From the NCBI GenBank assembly GCA_028826165.1, contig JAPDFW010000063.1, positions 62,001-126,000 of the forward strand: DNA of 64,000 nucleotides. The letters are read 5' to 3'. Below the pieces are notes generated by a model that did no database searches, had not been told where the DNA came from, and saw only the letters and a list, made by a program, of their open reading frames with translations. Below, in pieces: positions 1-12,250 of this stretch (position 1 is its first letter; the number at the start of each line of letters is the position of its first letter). This stretch comes from Anaeramoeba ignava BMAN. Taxonomy: Eukaryota; Protista; Anaeramoebae. Both the position numbers and the translations under genes were made by a program.

Positions 1-2
1 TA

Positions 3-116
3 GATTTAATTGCAAGACAAGTTGCTGTTGGTCATATTAAACAAGAACCAAAAGAAGTTGATGAATTAAAAACTAATCAAGAAGATAATCAAGAAAATGA
101 TGAAAAAGATATCTAA
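3..116 (+). CDS. 3' end of a gene entering from the left edge (DLIARQVAVGHIKQEPKEVDELKTNQEDNQENDEKDI*)
   Basis: Open frame with coding-like composition ending at TAA 114-116, followed by a T-rich spacer; product not identifiable. Confidence 0.55.
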   Translation, partial: DLIARQVAVGHIKQEPKEVDELKTNQEDNQENDEKDI

Positions 117-306
117 AAAAAATACCTTTTTTTTCTTTATTTTTCTTCAATTCATCTTTAATTTTTCATAGAATATTTTCCTCAAAACAAAATGGTTTCT
201 TTCTTTCTTTCCTTCTTTCTGCTTTTTCATTTGATTTTCTTTCAAAAAAAAAACTCACAATAAACTAAAAACAATTTTTTATTTTTCATTTTTTTTCTTT
301 TCAAAA

Positions 307-2146
307 ATGAATGAAATTTATATTTTTTGGTCAAAATCAATTTCCAATTCTTATCAAAAATGAACCTGATAAAATAACAAAACCAATTCAATTTAAATTT
401 GAATTTGAAAATGAAAATGAAAATGAAAATGAAAATGAAAAACAAATTAAACAAATTTCATCAGGAAGATTTTCAACAATTTTTCTTTTTGAAAATGGAA
501 AAGCAATAGAATATTTAACTGAAAAAGATTCAAAACAAAATCCTGAAAAAATCCAAATTGAAAAAAATATTCAAAAAGTAACTGTTGGTGGTGAAAATGA
601 AGCTATTTTAACAAAAGAAGGAAATGTATTTGCAAAAGGAATAGATATTAATCCACAAAATACAAAAGAATTTATCAATATTTCATCATTAATTGAAGAT
701 AAAAATGATAGAATAATTAAAGATATTGTTTCTGGAGCTAGTTCAATTTACTTATTAACTTCAAATCAAAATGCCTATGGAATTGGTTCAAATGGATATG
801 GCCAACTTGGTTTTGATTCTGAAACACTTAAAAAAACAGAAAAACCAATTTTAATAATAAAAAATGTTTCTAAAATATTTTCAGGAAATTCTTCAAAAAA
901 TATTTTTCTTTTAAATTCAAATCAAGAATTATTTGGATGCGGATGGAATCAATTTGGTCAACTTGGATTAGGAGAATCAAAAAGAGAAAAAAGAGAAATT
1001 CAGAAATTAACCCAAATCCAAAATATTCCAAAAAGTAAAATAATTGATATTCAATGTGGATTATTTCATTCAATAATGCTGATCGAAAATGAAAATGAAA
1101 ATCCAAATCCAAAAAGAAAACTTTATTCATGTGGATATTCTCCATATAATGGACTTGGAACAAATACTTATGAATTTACTGAAATCAAATCATCTTTATT
1201 TGAAAATGATGATATTCTTGATTTTTCTGTTGGATTTGGACATACTTTGATTTTAACATCTAATTCAAAATTAATTGGATTTGGAGATAATTCACATGGT
1301 CAATTAGGAACTGGAAATACATCAAGAACTGATTTAATTCCAATTCAAATTGAACTTCCTAAATTAAGATTTAATGAAAATATTTCCAATTATCATATTT
1401 CTTGTGGAAATTATAGATCATTTCTTTATTATTCTCCTTTTTCTCCTTTTTCCAATCTTGAAGAAGATTTGATAAAATTATTTAAAAGAAAAGAATTTTG
1501 TAATATTTCATTTAAAACCAAAAATGGAGAAATAATTGAAGCTCATAAATTAATATTGAAATATAGATTAAATCAAAATCAAAATCAAATTGAAAAACTT
1601 CAAGAAATTATTTCAAAAAAATCAATTAAAGAATCAAATCAAATATTTGAAATGATTTATTCAAACAATTCAAAAATAAATCCAAAATTATATTCTGAAA
1701 TTAAAGAAATTATAAATTCAAATGAAAAAATAGAAGAAACAATGAAAAGAATTTATTTAAATGAAAATGAAAATGAAAAAGATTTTATAATTGAAAGAAA
1801 AGAAAAACAATATAAATTTCCCAAATTAATATTAATAATGAGAAGTGAATTATATCGAGGAATGTTTTTATCTGTAACAAAAGATAAATCAAATAAAGTT
1901 ACAGATTATAGTGAATTAAGTAATAAATCATTTCAAATATTTGAATATTGGATTTATTCAAATCATATTAAAGAAGGAATTCAAATTACACAAGAAATAA
2001 TTGAAGAAATTGAAAGAGGAATTGATTATTTTCAATTAAATCAAACAAATCCAAATTTATTTGATTTATTAATTAAAAATTTAAAAATTAAAATTAAAAT
2101 TAAAATCAAAATTAAAATTAAAATTAAAATTAAAATTAAAAATTAA
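307..2146 (+). CDS. RCC1/BLIP-II beta-propeller + tandem BTB protein, array copy 1
   Basis: RCC1 repeats (GSNGYGQLG, GCGWNQFGQLG, QCGLFHS, VGFGHTLIL, GDNSHGQLG); BTB-like segments (EFCNISF..AHKLIL; KDFII..LIMRSELYRGMFLSV). The ATG homologous to the other copies is at 307, one base out of frame with ORF 311. The C-terminus runs into the (AAAATT)n spacer. Confidence 0.9.
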
Positions 2147-2193
2147 AATTAAAATTCCAAAAATATTTTTTTCATTTTTTTTCATTTTCAAAA

Positions 2194-3969
2194 ATGAATG
2201 ATTGTTTATTTTTTGGTGATAATAAATTTCCAATTCTTATCAAAAATGAACCAGATAGAATAACAAAACCAATTCAATTTAAATTTAAATTTGAATTTGA
2301 AAATGAAAATGAAAAACAAATTAAACAAATTTCATCAGGAAATTATTCAACAATTTTCCTTTTTAAAAATGGAAAAGCAATAGAATATTTAAATAGAAAT
2401 GATTTAAATCAAAAACCTTCAAAAATCCAAATTGAAAATATTCAAAAAGTAACTGTTGGTGGTGAAAATGAAGCTATTTTAACAAAAGAAGGAAATGTAT
2501 TTGCCAAAGGATATGATATTGATTCAAAAAATTCAAAAGAATTTATCAATATTTCATCATTAATTGAAGATAAAAATGATAGAATAATTCGAAGATGTTG
2601 TTTCTGGAGTTCGTTCAATTTATTTATTAACTTCAAATCATAATGCTTATGGAATTGGTTCAAATGAATATAGTCAACTCGGTTTTAATTCTAAAAAACT
2701 TTATAACACAGAAAAACCAATTTTAATGATGAAAAATGTTTCTAAAATATTTTCAGGAATTTGTTCAAAACTTGTTTTTCTTTTAAATTCAAATCAAGAA
2801 TTATTTGGATGCGGCTTAAATGATTATAGTCAAATTGGATTAAGAAAATCAAGAAGAAAAAAAAGAGAAATTCAGAAATTAACCAAAATTAAAAATATTC
2901 CAAAAGGTAAAATAATTGATATTCAATGTGGTGGATTTCATTCAATAATGTCGATTGAAAATGAAAATCAAAATCCAAAAAGAAAACTTTATTCATGTGG
3001 AGATTATATATATAATGGACTTGGCAAAAATGAAGATACCTATAAATTTACTGAAATCAAATCATCTTTATTTGAAAATGATGATAATATTATTGAAATT
3101 TCTGTTGGATATTTCCATACTTTGATTTTAACATCTAAATCAAAATTATTAGTATTTGGAGATAATGCTTATGGTCAATTAGGAACTGGAAATACATCAA
3201 GAACTGATTTAATTCCAATTCAAATTGAACTTCCTAAATTAAGATTTAATGAAGATATTTCCAATTATCATGTTTCTTGTGGAAATTATAGATCATTTCT
3301 TTATTATTCTCCTTTTTCTCCTTTTTCCAATCTTGAAGAAGATTTGATAAAACTATTTAAAAGAAAAGAATTTTGTGATATTTCATTTAAAACCAAAAAT
3401 GGAGAAATAATTGAAGCTCATAAATTAATATTGGAATATAGATTAAAAGATCAAAATGAAATTGAAAAACTTAAAGAAATTATTTCAAAAAAATCAATTA
3501 AAGAATCAAATCAAATATTTGAAATGATTTATTCAAACAGAATAATAAATCCAAAATTATATTCTGAAATTAAAGAAATTATAAATTCCAATGAAAAAAT
3601 TGAAGAAACAATGAAAAGAATTTATTTAAATGAAAATGAAAATGTAAAAAGATTTTATAATTGAAAGAAAAGAAAAACAATATAAATTTCCTAAATTAAT
3701 ATTAATAATGAGAAGTGAATTTATATCGAGGAATGTTTTTATCTGTAACAAAAGATAAATCAAATAAAGTTACAGATTATAGTGAATTAAGTAATAAATC
3801 ATTTCAAATATTTGAATATTGGATTTATTCAAATCAAATTAAAGAAGGAATTGAAATTACACAAGAAATAATTGAAGAAATTGAAAGAGGAATTGATTAT
3901 TTTCAATTAAATCAAACAAATCCAAATTTAATTGATTTATTAATTAACAAATTTAATAATCAAAATTAA
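2194..3969 (+). CDS. RCC1-BTB array copy 2 (apparent frameshifts near 2590, 3650, 3718)
   Basis: Colinear with copy 1 across ORFs 2194-2643, 2726-3664 and 3715-3969. Confidence 0.85.
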
Positions 3970-4063
3970 AATTAAAATTAAAATCAAAATTAAAATTAAA
4001 ATTAAAATTAAAATTAAAATTAAAATTCCAAAAAACGTTTTTTCATTTTTTTTCTTTTTAAAA

Positions 4064-5840
4064 ATGAATGATTGTTTATTTTTTGGTTTAAATCAATTTC
4101 CAATTCTTATCAAAAATGAACCATTTCAATAACAAAGCCAATTAAATTTAAATTTGAAAATGAAAATGAAAATGAAAAACAAATTAAACAAATTTCATCA
4201 GGAAATTATTCAACAATTTTCCTTTTTGAAAATGGAAAAACAATGGAATATTTAAAAGAAAATTATTCAAATCAAAAACCTTCAAAAATCCAAATTGAAG
4301 AAAATATTCAAAAAGTAACTGTTGGTTCTCGAAATGAAGCTATTTTAACAATAGAAGGAAATGTATTTGCCAAAGGAAAAGATATTAATCCAAAAAATCC
4401 AAAAGAATTTATCAATATTTCATCATTAATTGAAGATAAAAATGATAGAATAATTAAAGATATTGTTTCTGGATCTAATTCAATTTACTTATTAACTTCA
4501 AATCAAAATGCTTATGGAATTGGTTCAAATGGATATGGCCAACTTGGTTTTGATTCTGAAACACTTAAAAAAACAGAAAAACCAATTTTAATGATGAAAA
4601 ATGTTTCTAAAATATTTTCAGGAAATTCTTCACTTCGTGTTTTTCTTTTAAATCCAAATCAAGAATTATTTGGATGCGGATGGAATCAATCTGGTCAACT
4701 TGGATTAAGAAAATCAAGAAAAGAAACAAAAATCCATAAATTAACCAAAATCCAAAATATCCCAAAAGGCAAAATAATTGATATTCAATGTGGGCATAGT
4801 CATTCAATAATGCTTATTGAAGAAGATGATGAAAATGAAAATCCAAAAAGAAAACTTTATTCATGTGGAGTTGGTTTTTATAATGGACTTGGCAAAAATA
4901 AAGATACTTATGAATTTACTGAAATCAAATCATCTTTATTTGAAAATGATGATAATATTCTTGATTTTTCTGTTGGATATTCCCATACTTTGATTTTAAC
5001 ATCTAAAGGAAAATTATTAGTATTTGGATATAATTTTTATGGTCAATTAGGAACTGGAAATACAAATGATCAATCAATTCCAATTCAAATTGAACTTCCT
5101 AAATTAAGATTTAATGAAGATATTTCTAATTATCATATTTATTGTGGATATTATAATTCATTTATTTATTATTCTCCTCCTTCCTTTTCCAATCTTGAAG
5201 AGATTTGATAAAACTATTTGAAAGAAAAGAATTTTGTGATATTTCATTTAAAACAGAAAATGGAGAAATAATTGAAGCTCATAAATTAATATTGAAATAT
5301 AGATTAAATCAAAATGAAAATCAAATTGAAAAACTTCAAGAAATTATTTCAAAAAAATCAATTAAAGAATCCAATCAAATATTTGAAATGATTTATTCAA
5401 ACAATTCCAAAATAAATCCAAAATTATATTCTGAAATTAAAGAAATTATAAATTCAAATGAAAAAATTGAAGAAACAATGAAAAGAATTTATTTAAATGA
5501 AAATGAAAATGAAAATGTAAAAGATTTTATAATTGAAAGAAAAGAAAAACAATATAAATTTCCTAAATTAATATTAATAATGAGAAGTGAATTATATCGA
5601 GGAATGTTTTTATCTGTAACAGAAGATAAATCAAATAAAGTTACAGATTATAGTGAATTAAGTAATAAATCATTTCAAATATTTGAATATTGGGTTTATT
5701 CAAATCAAATTAAAGATGAAATTCAAATTACAAAAGAAATAATTAATGAATTAAAAAGAGGAATTGATTATTTTCAATTAAATCAAACAAATCCAAATTT
5801 ATTTGATTTATTAATTAACAAATTTAAAAATCAAAATTAA
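4064..5840 (+). CDS. RCC1-BTB array copy 3 (apparent frameshifts near 4128 and 5200)
   Basis: ATGAATGATTGT start at 4064 as in copies 2, 5 and 6; ORFs 4243-5208 and 5205-5840 are colinear with copy 1. Confidence 0.85.
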
Positions 5841-6270
5841 AATTAAAATTAAAATTAAAATCAAAATCAAAATTAAAATTAAAATTAAAATTAAAATTAA
5901 AATTAAAATTAAAATTAAAATTAAAATTAAAATTAAAATTAAAATTAAAATTAAAATTAAAATCAATAATCAAAATTAAAATTAAAAATTAAAATTAAAA
6001 TTAAAATTAAAATTAAAATTAACATTAAAATTAAAATTAAAATCTTTTTTCATTTTTCAAAATCAAAATTAAAATTAAAATTTTATTTTAAAATTAAAAT
6101 TAATAATCAAAATTAAAATTAAAATCAATAATCAAAATTAAAATTAAAATTAAAAATGAAATTAAAATAAAATAAAAAAATTTTTCCTTTTTAAAAATTA
6201 AATTTGAAATGAAAACTTAAAATGAAAATGAAAATGAAAATGAAAATGAAAATGAAAATGAAAATGAAAA
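5825..6270 (+). repeat. (AAAATT/AAAATC)n hexamer spacer of the RCC1-BTB array; similar tracts at about 2085-2155, 3960-4027, 7900-8154, 9985-10241 and 12080-12153
   Basis: Directly visible hexamer microsatellite between all array copies. Confidence 0.9.
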
Positions 6271-7910
6271 ACAAATTAAACAAATTTCATCAGGAAATTA
6301 TTCAACAATTTTCCTTTTTGAAAATGGGAAAGCAATAGAATATTTAAATAGAAATGATTTAAATCAAAAACCTTCAAAAATCCAAATTGAAAATATTCAA
6401 AAAGTAACTGTTGGTTATTCAAATGAAGCTATTTTAACAAAAGAAGGAAATGTATTTGCCAAAGGAAAAGATATTTATACAAAAAATCCAAAAGAATTTA
6501 TCAATATTTCATCATTAATTAAAGATAAAAATGATAGAATAATTAAAGATATTGTTTCTGGATCTAATTCAATTTACTTATTAACTTCAAATCAAAATGC
6601 TTATGGAATTGGTTCAAATCATAATGGTCAACTTGGTTTTGATTCTGAACCACTTAAAAAAACAGAAAAACCAATTTTAATGATGAAAAATGTTTCTAAA
6701 ATATTTTCAGGAATTTGTTCAATTCATGTTTTTCTTTTAAATTCAAATCAAGAATTATTTGGATGCGGAAATAATGATTATGGTCAACTTGGATTAAGAA
6801 AATCAATAAAAAGAAACAAAAATTGATAAATTAACCAAAATCCAAAATATTCCAAAAGGCAAAATAACTGATATTCAATGTGGAGATTCTTATTCAATAA
6901 TGCTGATTGAAGATGAAAATGAAAATCCAAAAAGAAAACTTTATTCATGTGGATTTACTAAATATAATGGACTTGGCAAAAATAAAGATACTTATAAATT
7001 TACTGAAATCAAATCATCTTTATTTGAAAATAATGATAATATTATTGAAATTTCTGTTGGATATTATCATACTTTGATTTTAACATCTAATTCAAAGATG
7101 ATAGGATTTGGATATAATTACGATGGTGAATTAGGAACTGGAAATACAAAATATCAATTAATTCCTATTCAAATTGAACTTCCTAAATTAAGATTTAATG
7201 AAGATATTTCCAATTATCATATTTATTGTGGATATTACAGATCATTTCTTTATTATTCTCCTTTTTCTTTTTCCAATCTTGAAGAAGATTTGATAAAACT
7301 ATTTAAAAGAAAAGAATTTTGTGATATTTCATTTAAAACAGAAAATGGAGAAATAATTGAAGCTCATAAATTAATATTGGAATATAGATTAAATGAAAAT
7401 CAAATTGAAAAACTTAAAGAAATTATTTCAAAAAAATCAATTAAAGAATCAAATCAAATATTTGAAATGATTTATTCAAACAGAATAATAAATCCAAAAT
7501 TATATTCTGAAATTAAAGAAATTATAAATTCAAATGAAAAAATTGAAGAAACAATGAAAAGAATTTATTTAAATGAAAATGAAAATGTAAAAGATTTTAT
7601 AATTGAAAGAAAAGAAAAACAATATAAATTTCCAAAATTAATATTAATAATGAGAAGTGAATTATATCGAGGAATGTTTTTATCTGTTACAAATGATACT
7701 TCAAATAAAGTTACAGATTATAGTGAATTAAGTAATAAATCATTTCAAATATTTGAATATTGGATTTATTCAAATAAAATTAAAGAAGAAATTCAAATTA
7801 CACAAGAAATAATTAATGAATTAAAAAGAGGAATTGATTATTTCCAATTAAATCAAACAAATCCAAATTTATTTGATTTATTAATTAACAAATTTAATAA
7901 TCAAAATTAA
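6200..7910 (+). CDS. RCC1-BTB array copy 4 (5' start missing or degraded, frameshift near 6810; possibly a pseudogene)
   Basis: Homology resumes at the (GAAAAT)n tract near 6220; the MNDCLFFG..KPI start segment is absent; ORF 6900-7910 covers the last blades and the BTBs. Confidence 0.75.
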
Positions 7911-8189
7911 AATCAAAATCAAAATTAAAATCAAAATTAAAATCAAAATTAAAATCAAAATCAAAATTAAAATTAAAATTAAAATTAAAATCAAAATTTA
8001 AATTAAAATCAAAATCAAAATTTAAATCAAAATCAAAATTAAAATTAAAATTAAAATTAAAATTAAAATTAAAATCAAAATCAAAATTTAAATCAAAATC
8101 AAAATTAAAATTAAAATTAAAATTAAAATTAAAATTAAAATTAAAATTAAAATTCCAAAAATATTTTTTTCATTTTTTTCTTTTTAAAA

Positions 8190-9993
8190 ATGAATGATTG
8201 TTTATTTTTTGGTGATAATAATTATCCAATTCTTATCAAAAATGAACCAGATAAAATAACAAAACCAATTAAATTTAAATTTGAAAATGAAAATGAAAAT
8301 GAAAATGAAAATGAAAAACAAATTAAACAAATTTCAACAAGTTGGATTTCAACAATTTTCCTTTTTGAAAATGGAAAAACAATAGAATATTTAAATAAAA
8401 ATGATTCAAATCAAAATCCTTCAAAAATCCAAATTGAAAATATTCAAAAAGTAACTGTTGGTTATTCAAATGAAGCTATTTTAACAAAAGAAGGAAATGT
8501 ATTTGCCAAAGGAAAAGATATTTATACAAATAATCCAAATGAATTTATCAATATTTCATCATTAATTGAAGATAAAAATGATAGAATAATTAAAGATATT
8601 GTTTCTGGAGCCAATTCAATTTATTTATTAACTTCAAATCAAAATGCTTATGGAATTGGTTCAAATCAATATAGCCAACTTGGTTTTGATTCTGAAACAC
8701 TTCCAAAAACAGAAAAACCAATTTTAATGATGAAAAATGTTTCTAAAATATTTTCAGGAGATACTTCAAGATCTGTTTTTCTTTTAAATTCAAATCAAGA
8801 ATTATTTGGGTGCGGATGGAATCAATCTGGTAAACTTGGATTAGGAAAATCAAGAAGAAAAAAAAGAGAAATTGATAAATTAACCAAAATTAAAAATATT
8901 CCAAAAGGTAAAATAATCGATATTAAATGTGGACATAGTCATTCAATAATGCTGATTGAAGATGAAAATGAAAATCCAAAAAGAAAACTTTATTCATGTG
9001 GAGTTGGGTTTTATAATGGACTTGGCAAAATGCTTGAAAATACTTATGAATTTACTGAAATCAAATCATCTTTATTTGAAAATGATAATATTATTGAAAT
9101 TTCTGTTGGAGAAATTCATACTTTGATTTTAACTTCCAAAGGGAAATTAATTGGATTTGGACATAATTATTATGGTCAATTAGGAACTGGAGATAGAGCA
9201 TTTAAATCAATTCCAATTCAAATTGAACTTCCTAAATTAAGATTTAATGAAGATATTTCTAATTATCATATTTCTTGTGGAAGTAATAGATCATTTCTTT
9301 ATTATTCTCCTCCTTTTTTTTCCAATCTTGAAGAAGATTTGATAAAATTATTTAGAAGAAAAGAATTTTGTAATATTTCATTTAAAACCGAAAATGGAGA
9401 AATAATTGAAGCTCATAAATTAATATTGGAATATAGATTAAATCAAAATGAAATTGAAATTGAAAATCAAAATGAAATTGAAAAACTTAAAGAAATTATT
9501 TCAAAAAAATCAATTAAAGAATCAAATCAAATATTTGAAATGATTTATTCAAACAATTCCAAAATAAATCCAAAATTATATTCTGAAATTAAAGAAATTA
9601 TAAATTCAAATGAAAAAATTGAAGAAACAATGAAAAGAATTTATTTAAATGAAAATGAAAATGAAAATGAAAAAGATTTTATTATTGAAAGAAAAGAAAA
9701 ACAATATAAATTTCCCAAATTAATATTAATAATGAGAAGTGAATTATATCGAGGAATGTTTTTATCTGTAACAAAAGATAAATCAAATAAAGTTACAGAT
9801 TATAGTGAATTAAGTAATAAATCATTTCAAATATTTGAATATTGGATTTATTCAAATCAAATCAAAGATGAAATTCAAATTACACAAGAAATTATTAATG
9901 AATTAAAAAGAGGAATTGATTATTTTCCAATTAAATCAAACAAATCCAAATTTATTTGATTTATTAATTAAAAAATTTAATAATCAAAATTAA
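8190..9993 (+). CDS. RCC1-BTB array copy 5 (one late frameshift near 9927)
   Basis: 589-aa ORF 8190-9959; the homologous stop (NQN*) is at 9991-9993. Confidence 0.9.
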
Positions 9994-10277
9994 AATTAAA
10001 ATCAAAATCAAAATTAAAATCAAAATCAAAATTAAAATCAAAATCAAAATTAAAATTAAAATTAAAATTAAAATTAAAATTAAAATTAAAATTAAAATTA
10101 AAATTTAAAATCAAAAATTAAAATTAAAATCAAAATTAAAATTAAAATTAAAATCAAAATTCAAAATTAAAATTAAAATTAAAATTAAAATTAAAATTAA
10201 AAATTAAAATTAAAATTAAAATTAAAATTAAAATTAAAATTCCAAAAATTATTTTTTTCATTTTTTTCTTTTTAAAA

Positions 10278-12088
10278 ATGAATGATTGTTTATTTTTTGG
10301 TGATAATAATTATCCAATTCTTATCAAAAATGAACCAGATAAAATAACAAAACCAATTAAATTTAAATTTGAAAATGAAAATGAAAATGAAAATGAAAAT
10401 GAAAATGAAAATGAAAATGAAAATGAAAAACAAATTAAACAAATTTCATCAAGTTGGATTTCAACAATTTTCCTTTTTAAAAATGGAAAAACAATAGAAT
10501 ATTTAAGAGATTCAAAACAAAAACCTTCAAAAATCCAAATTGAAAATATTCAAAAAGTAACTGTTGGTTATTCAAACGAAGCTATTTTAACAAAAGAAGG
10601 AAATGTATTTGCCAAAGGAAAAGATATTTATACAAATAATCCAAAAGAATTTATCAATATTTCATCATTAATTGAAGATAAAAATGATAGAATAATTGAA
10701 GATATTGTTTCTGGAGCTTATTCAATTTACTTATTAGCTTCAAATCAAAATGCTTATGGAATTGGTTCAAATTATTCTGGCCAACTTGGTTTTGATTCTG
10801 AAACACTTAAAAAAACAGAAAAACCTATTTTAATAATGAAAAATGTTTCTAAAATATTTTCAGGAAATACTTCAGCTTTTGTTTTTCTTTTAAATTCAAA
10901 TCAAGAATTATTTGGGTGCGGATGGAATCAATCTGGTCAACTTGGATTAAGAAAATCAATAAAAGAAACAGAAATCCATAAATTAACCAAAATCCAAAAT
11001 ATCCCAAAAGGTAAAATAACTGATATTCAATGTGGGCATAGTCATTCAATAATGCTTATTGAAGAAGATGATGAAAATCAAAATCCAAAAAGAAAACTTT
11101 ATTCATGTGGAGTTGGTTTTTATAATGGACTTGGCAAAAATAAAGATACTTATGAATTTACTGAAATTAAATCATCTTTATTTGAAAATGATGATGATAA
11201 TATTCTTGATTTTTCTGTTGGATATTCCCATACTTTGATTTTAACTTCTAATTCAAAACTAATAGTATTTGGATATAATTATTATGGTCAATTAGGAACT
11301 GGAGATACAAATGATCAATCAATTCCAATTCAAATTGAACTTCCTAAATTAAGATTTAATGAAGATATTTCCAATTATCATATTTATTGTGGATATTATA
11401 ATTCATTTATTTATTATTCTCCTCCTTCCTTTTCCAATCTTGAAGAAGATTTGATAAAACTATTTGAAAGAAAAGAATTTTGTGATATTTCATTTAAAAC
11501 CAGAAAATGAAGAAATAATTGAAGCTCATAAATTAATATTGAAATATAGATTAAATCAAAATGAAAATCAAATTGAAAAACTTCAAGAAATTATTTCAAA
11601 AAAATCAATTAAAGAATCAAATCAAATATTTGAAATTATTTATTCAAACAATTCCAAAATAAATCCAAAATTATATTCTGAAATTAAAGAAATTATAAAT
11701 TCAAATGAAAAAATTAGAAGAAACAATGAAAAGAATTTATTTAAATGAAAATGAAAATGAAAATGAAAAAGATTTTATTATTGAAAGAAAAGAAAAACAA
11801 TATAAATTTCCAAAATTAATATTAATAATGAGAAGTGAATTATATCGAGGAATGTTTTTATCTGTAACAAATGATAAATCAAATAAAGTTACAGATTATA
11901 GTGAATTAAGTAATAAATCATTTCAAATATTTGAATATTGGATTTATTCAAATCAAATTAAAAATGAAATTCAAATTACAAAAGAAATAATTGAAGAACT
12001 TAAAATAGGAATTGATTATTTTCAATTAAATCAAACAAATCCAAATTTATTTGATTTATTAATTAAAAAATTTAATAATCAAAATTAA
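10278..12088 (+). CDS. RCC1-BTB array copy 6 (apparent frameshifts near 11500 and 11715)
   Basis: ORFs 10278-11510, 11464-11748 and 11705-12088 are colinear with the other copies. Confidence 0.85.
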
Positions 12089-12153
12089 AATTAAAATCAA
12101 AATTAAAATTAAAAATCAAAATTAAAATCAAAATTAAAATCAAAATTAAAATC

Positions 12154-12219
12154 AAAGAGGAATTGATTATTTTCAATTAAATCAAACATATCCAAATTTA
12201 TTTGATTTATTAATTAAAA
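12154..12219 (+). pseudogene. About 65-nt remnant of an RCC1-BTB 3' end (RGIDYFQLNQTYPNLFDLLIK)
   Basis: Near-identical to the last codons of the array genes; lies after the hexamer spacer. Confidence 0.8.
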
Positions 12220-12250
12220 TCAAAATTCAAAAAAATTTTTTTCCATTTTT

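Noticed and set aside
870-1163. Recurrent antisense ORFs in RCC1 copies (also 4607-4807, 10849-11049)
   Set aside because: They recur only because the sense genes are duplicated; no independent coding signal
2194-12088. Array copies as true pseudogenes or silent donor cassettes because of frameshifts
   Set aside because: Single-base indels, mostly at homopolymers, also break kinesin-5, PIP5K, DUF167 and Kelch-BTB, so consensus error is the simpler explanation; needs read-level checking
307-12088. Diversity-generating retroelement behind the loop variation
   Set aside because: No reverse transcriptase or template repeat in the window, and changes are not confined to adenines
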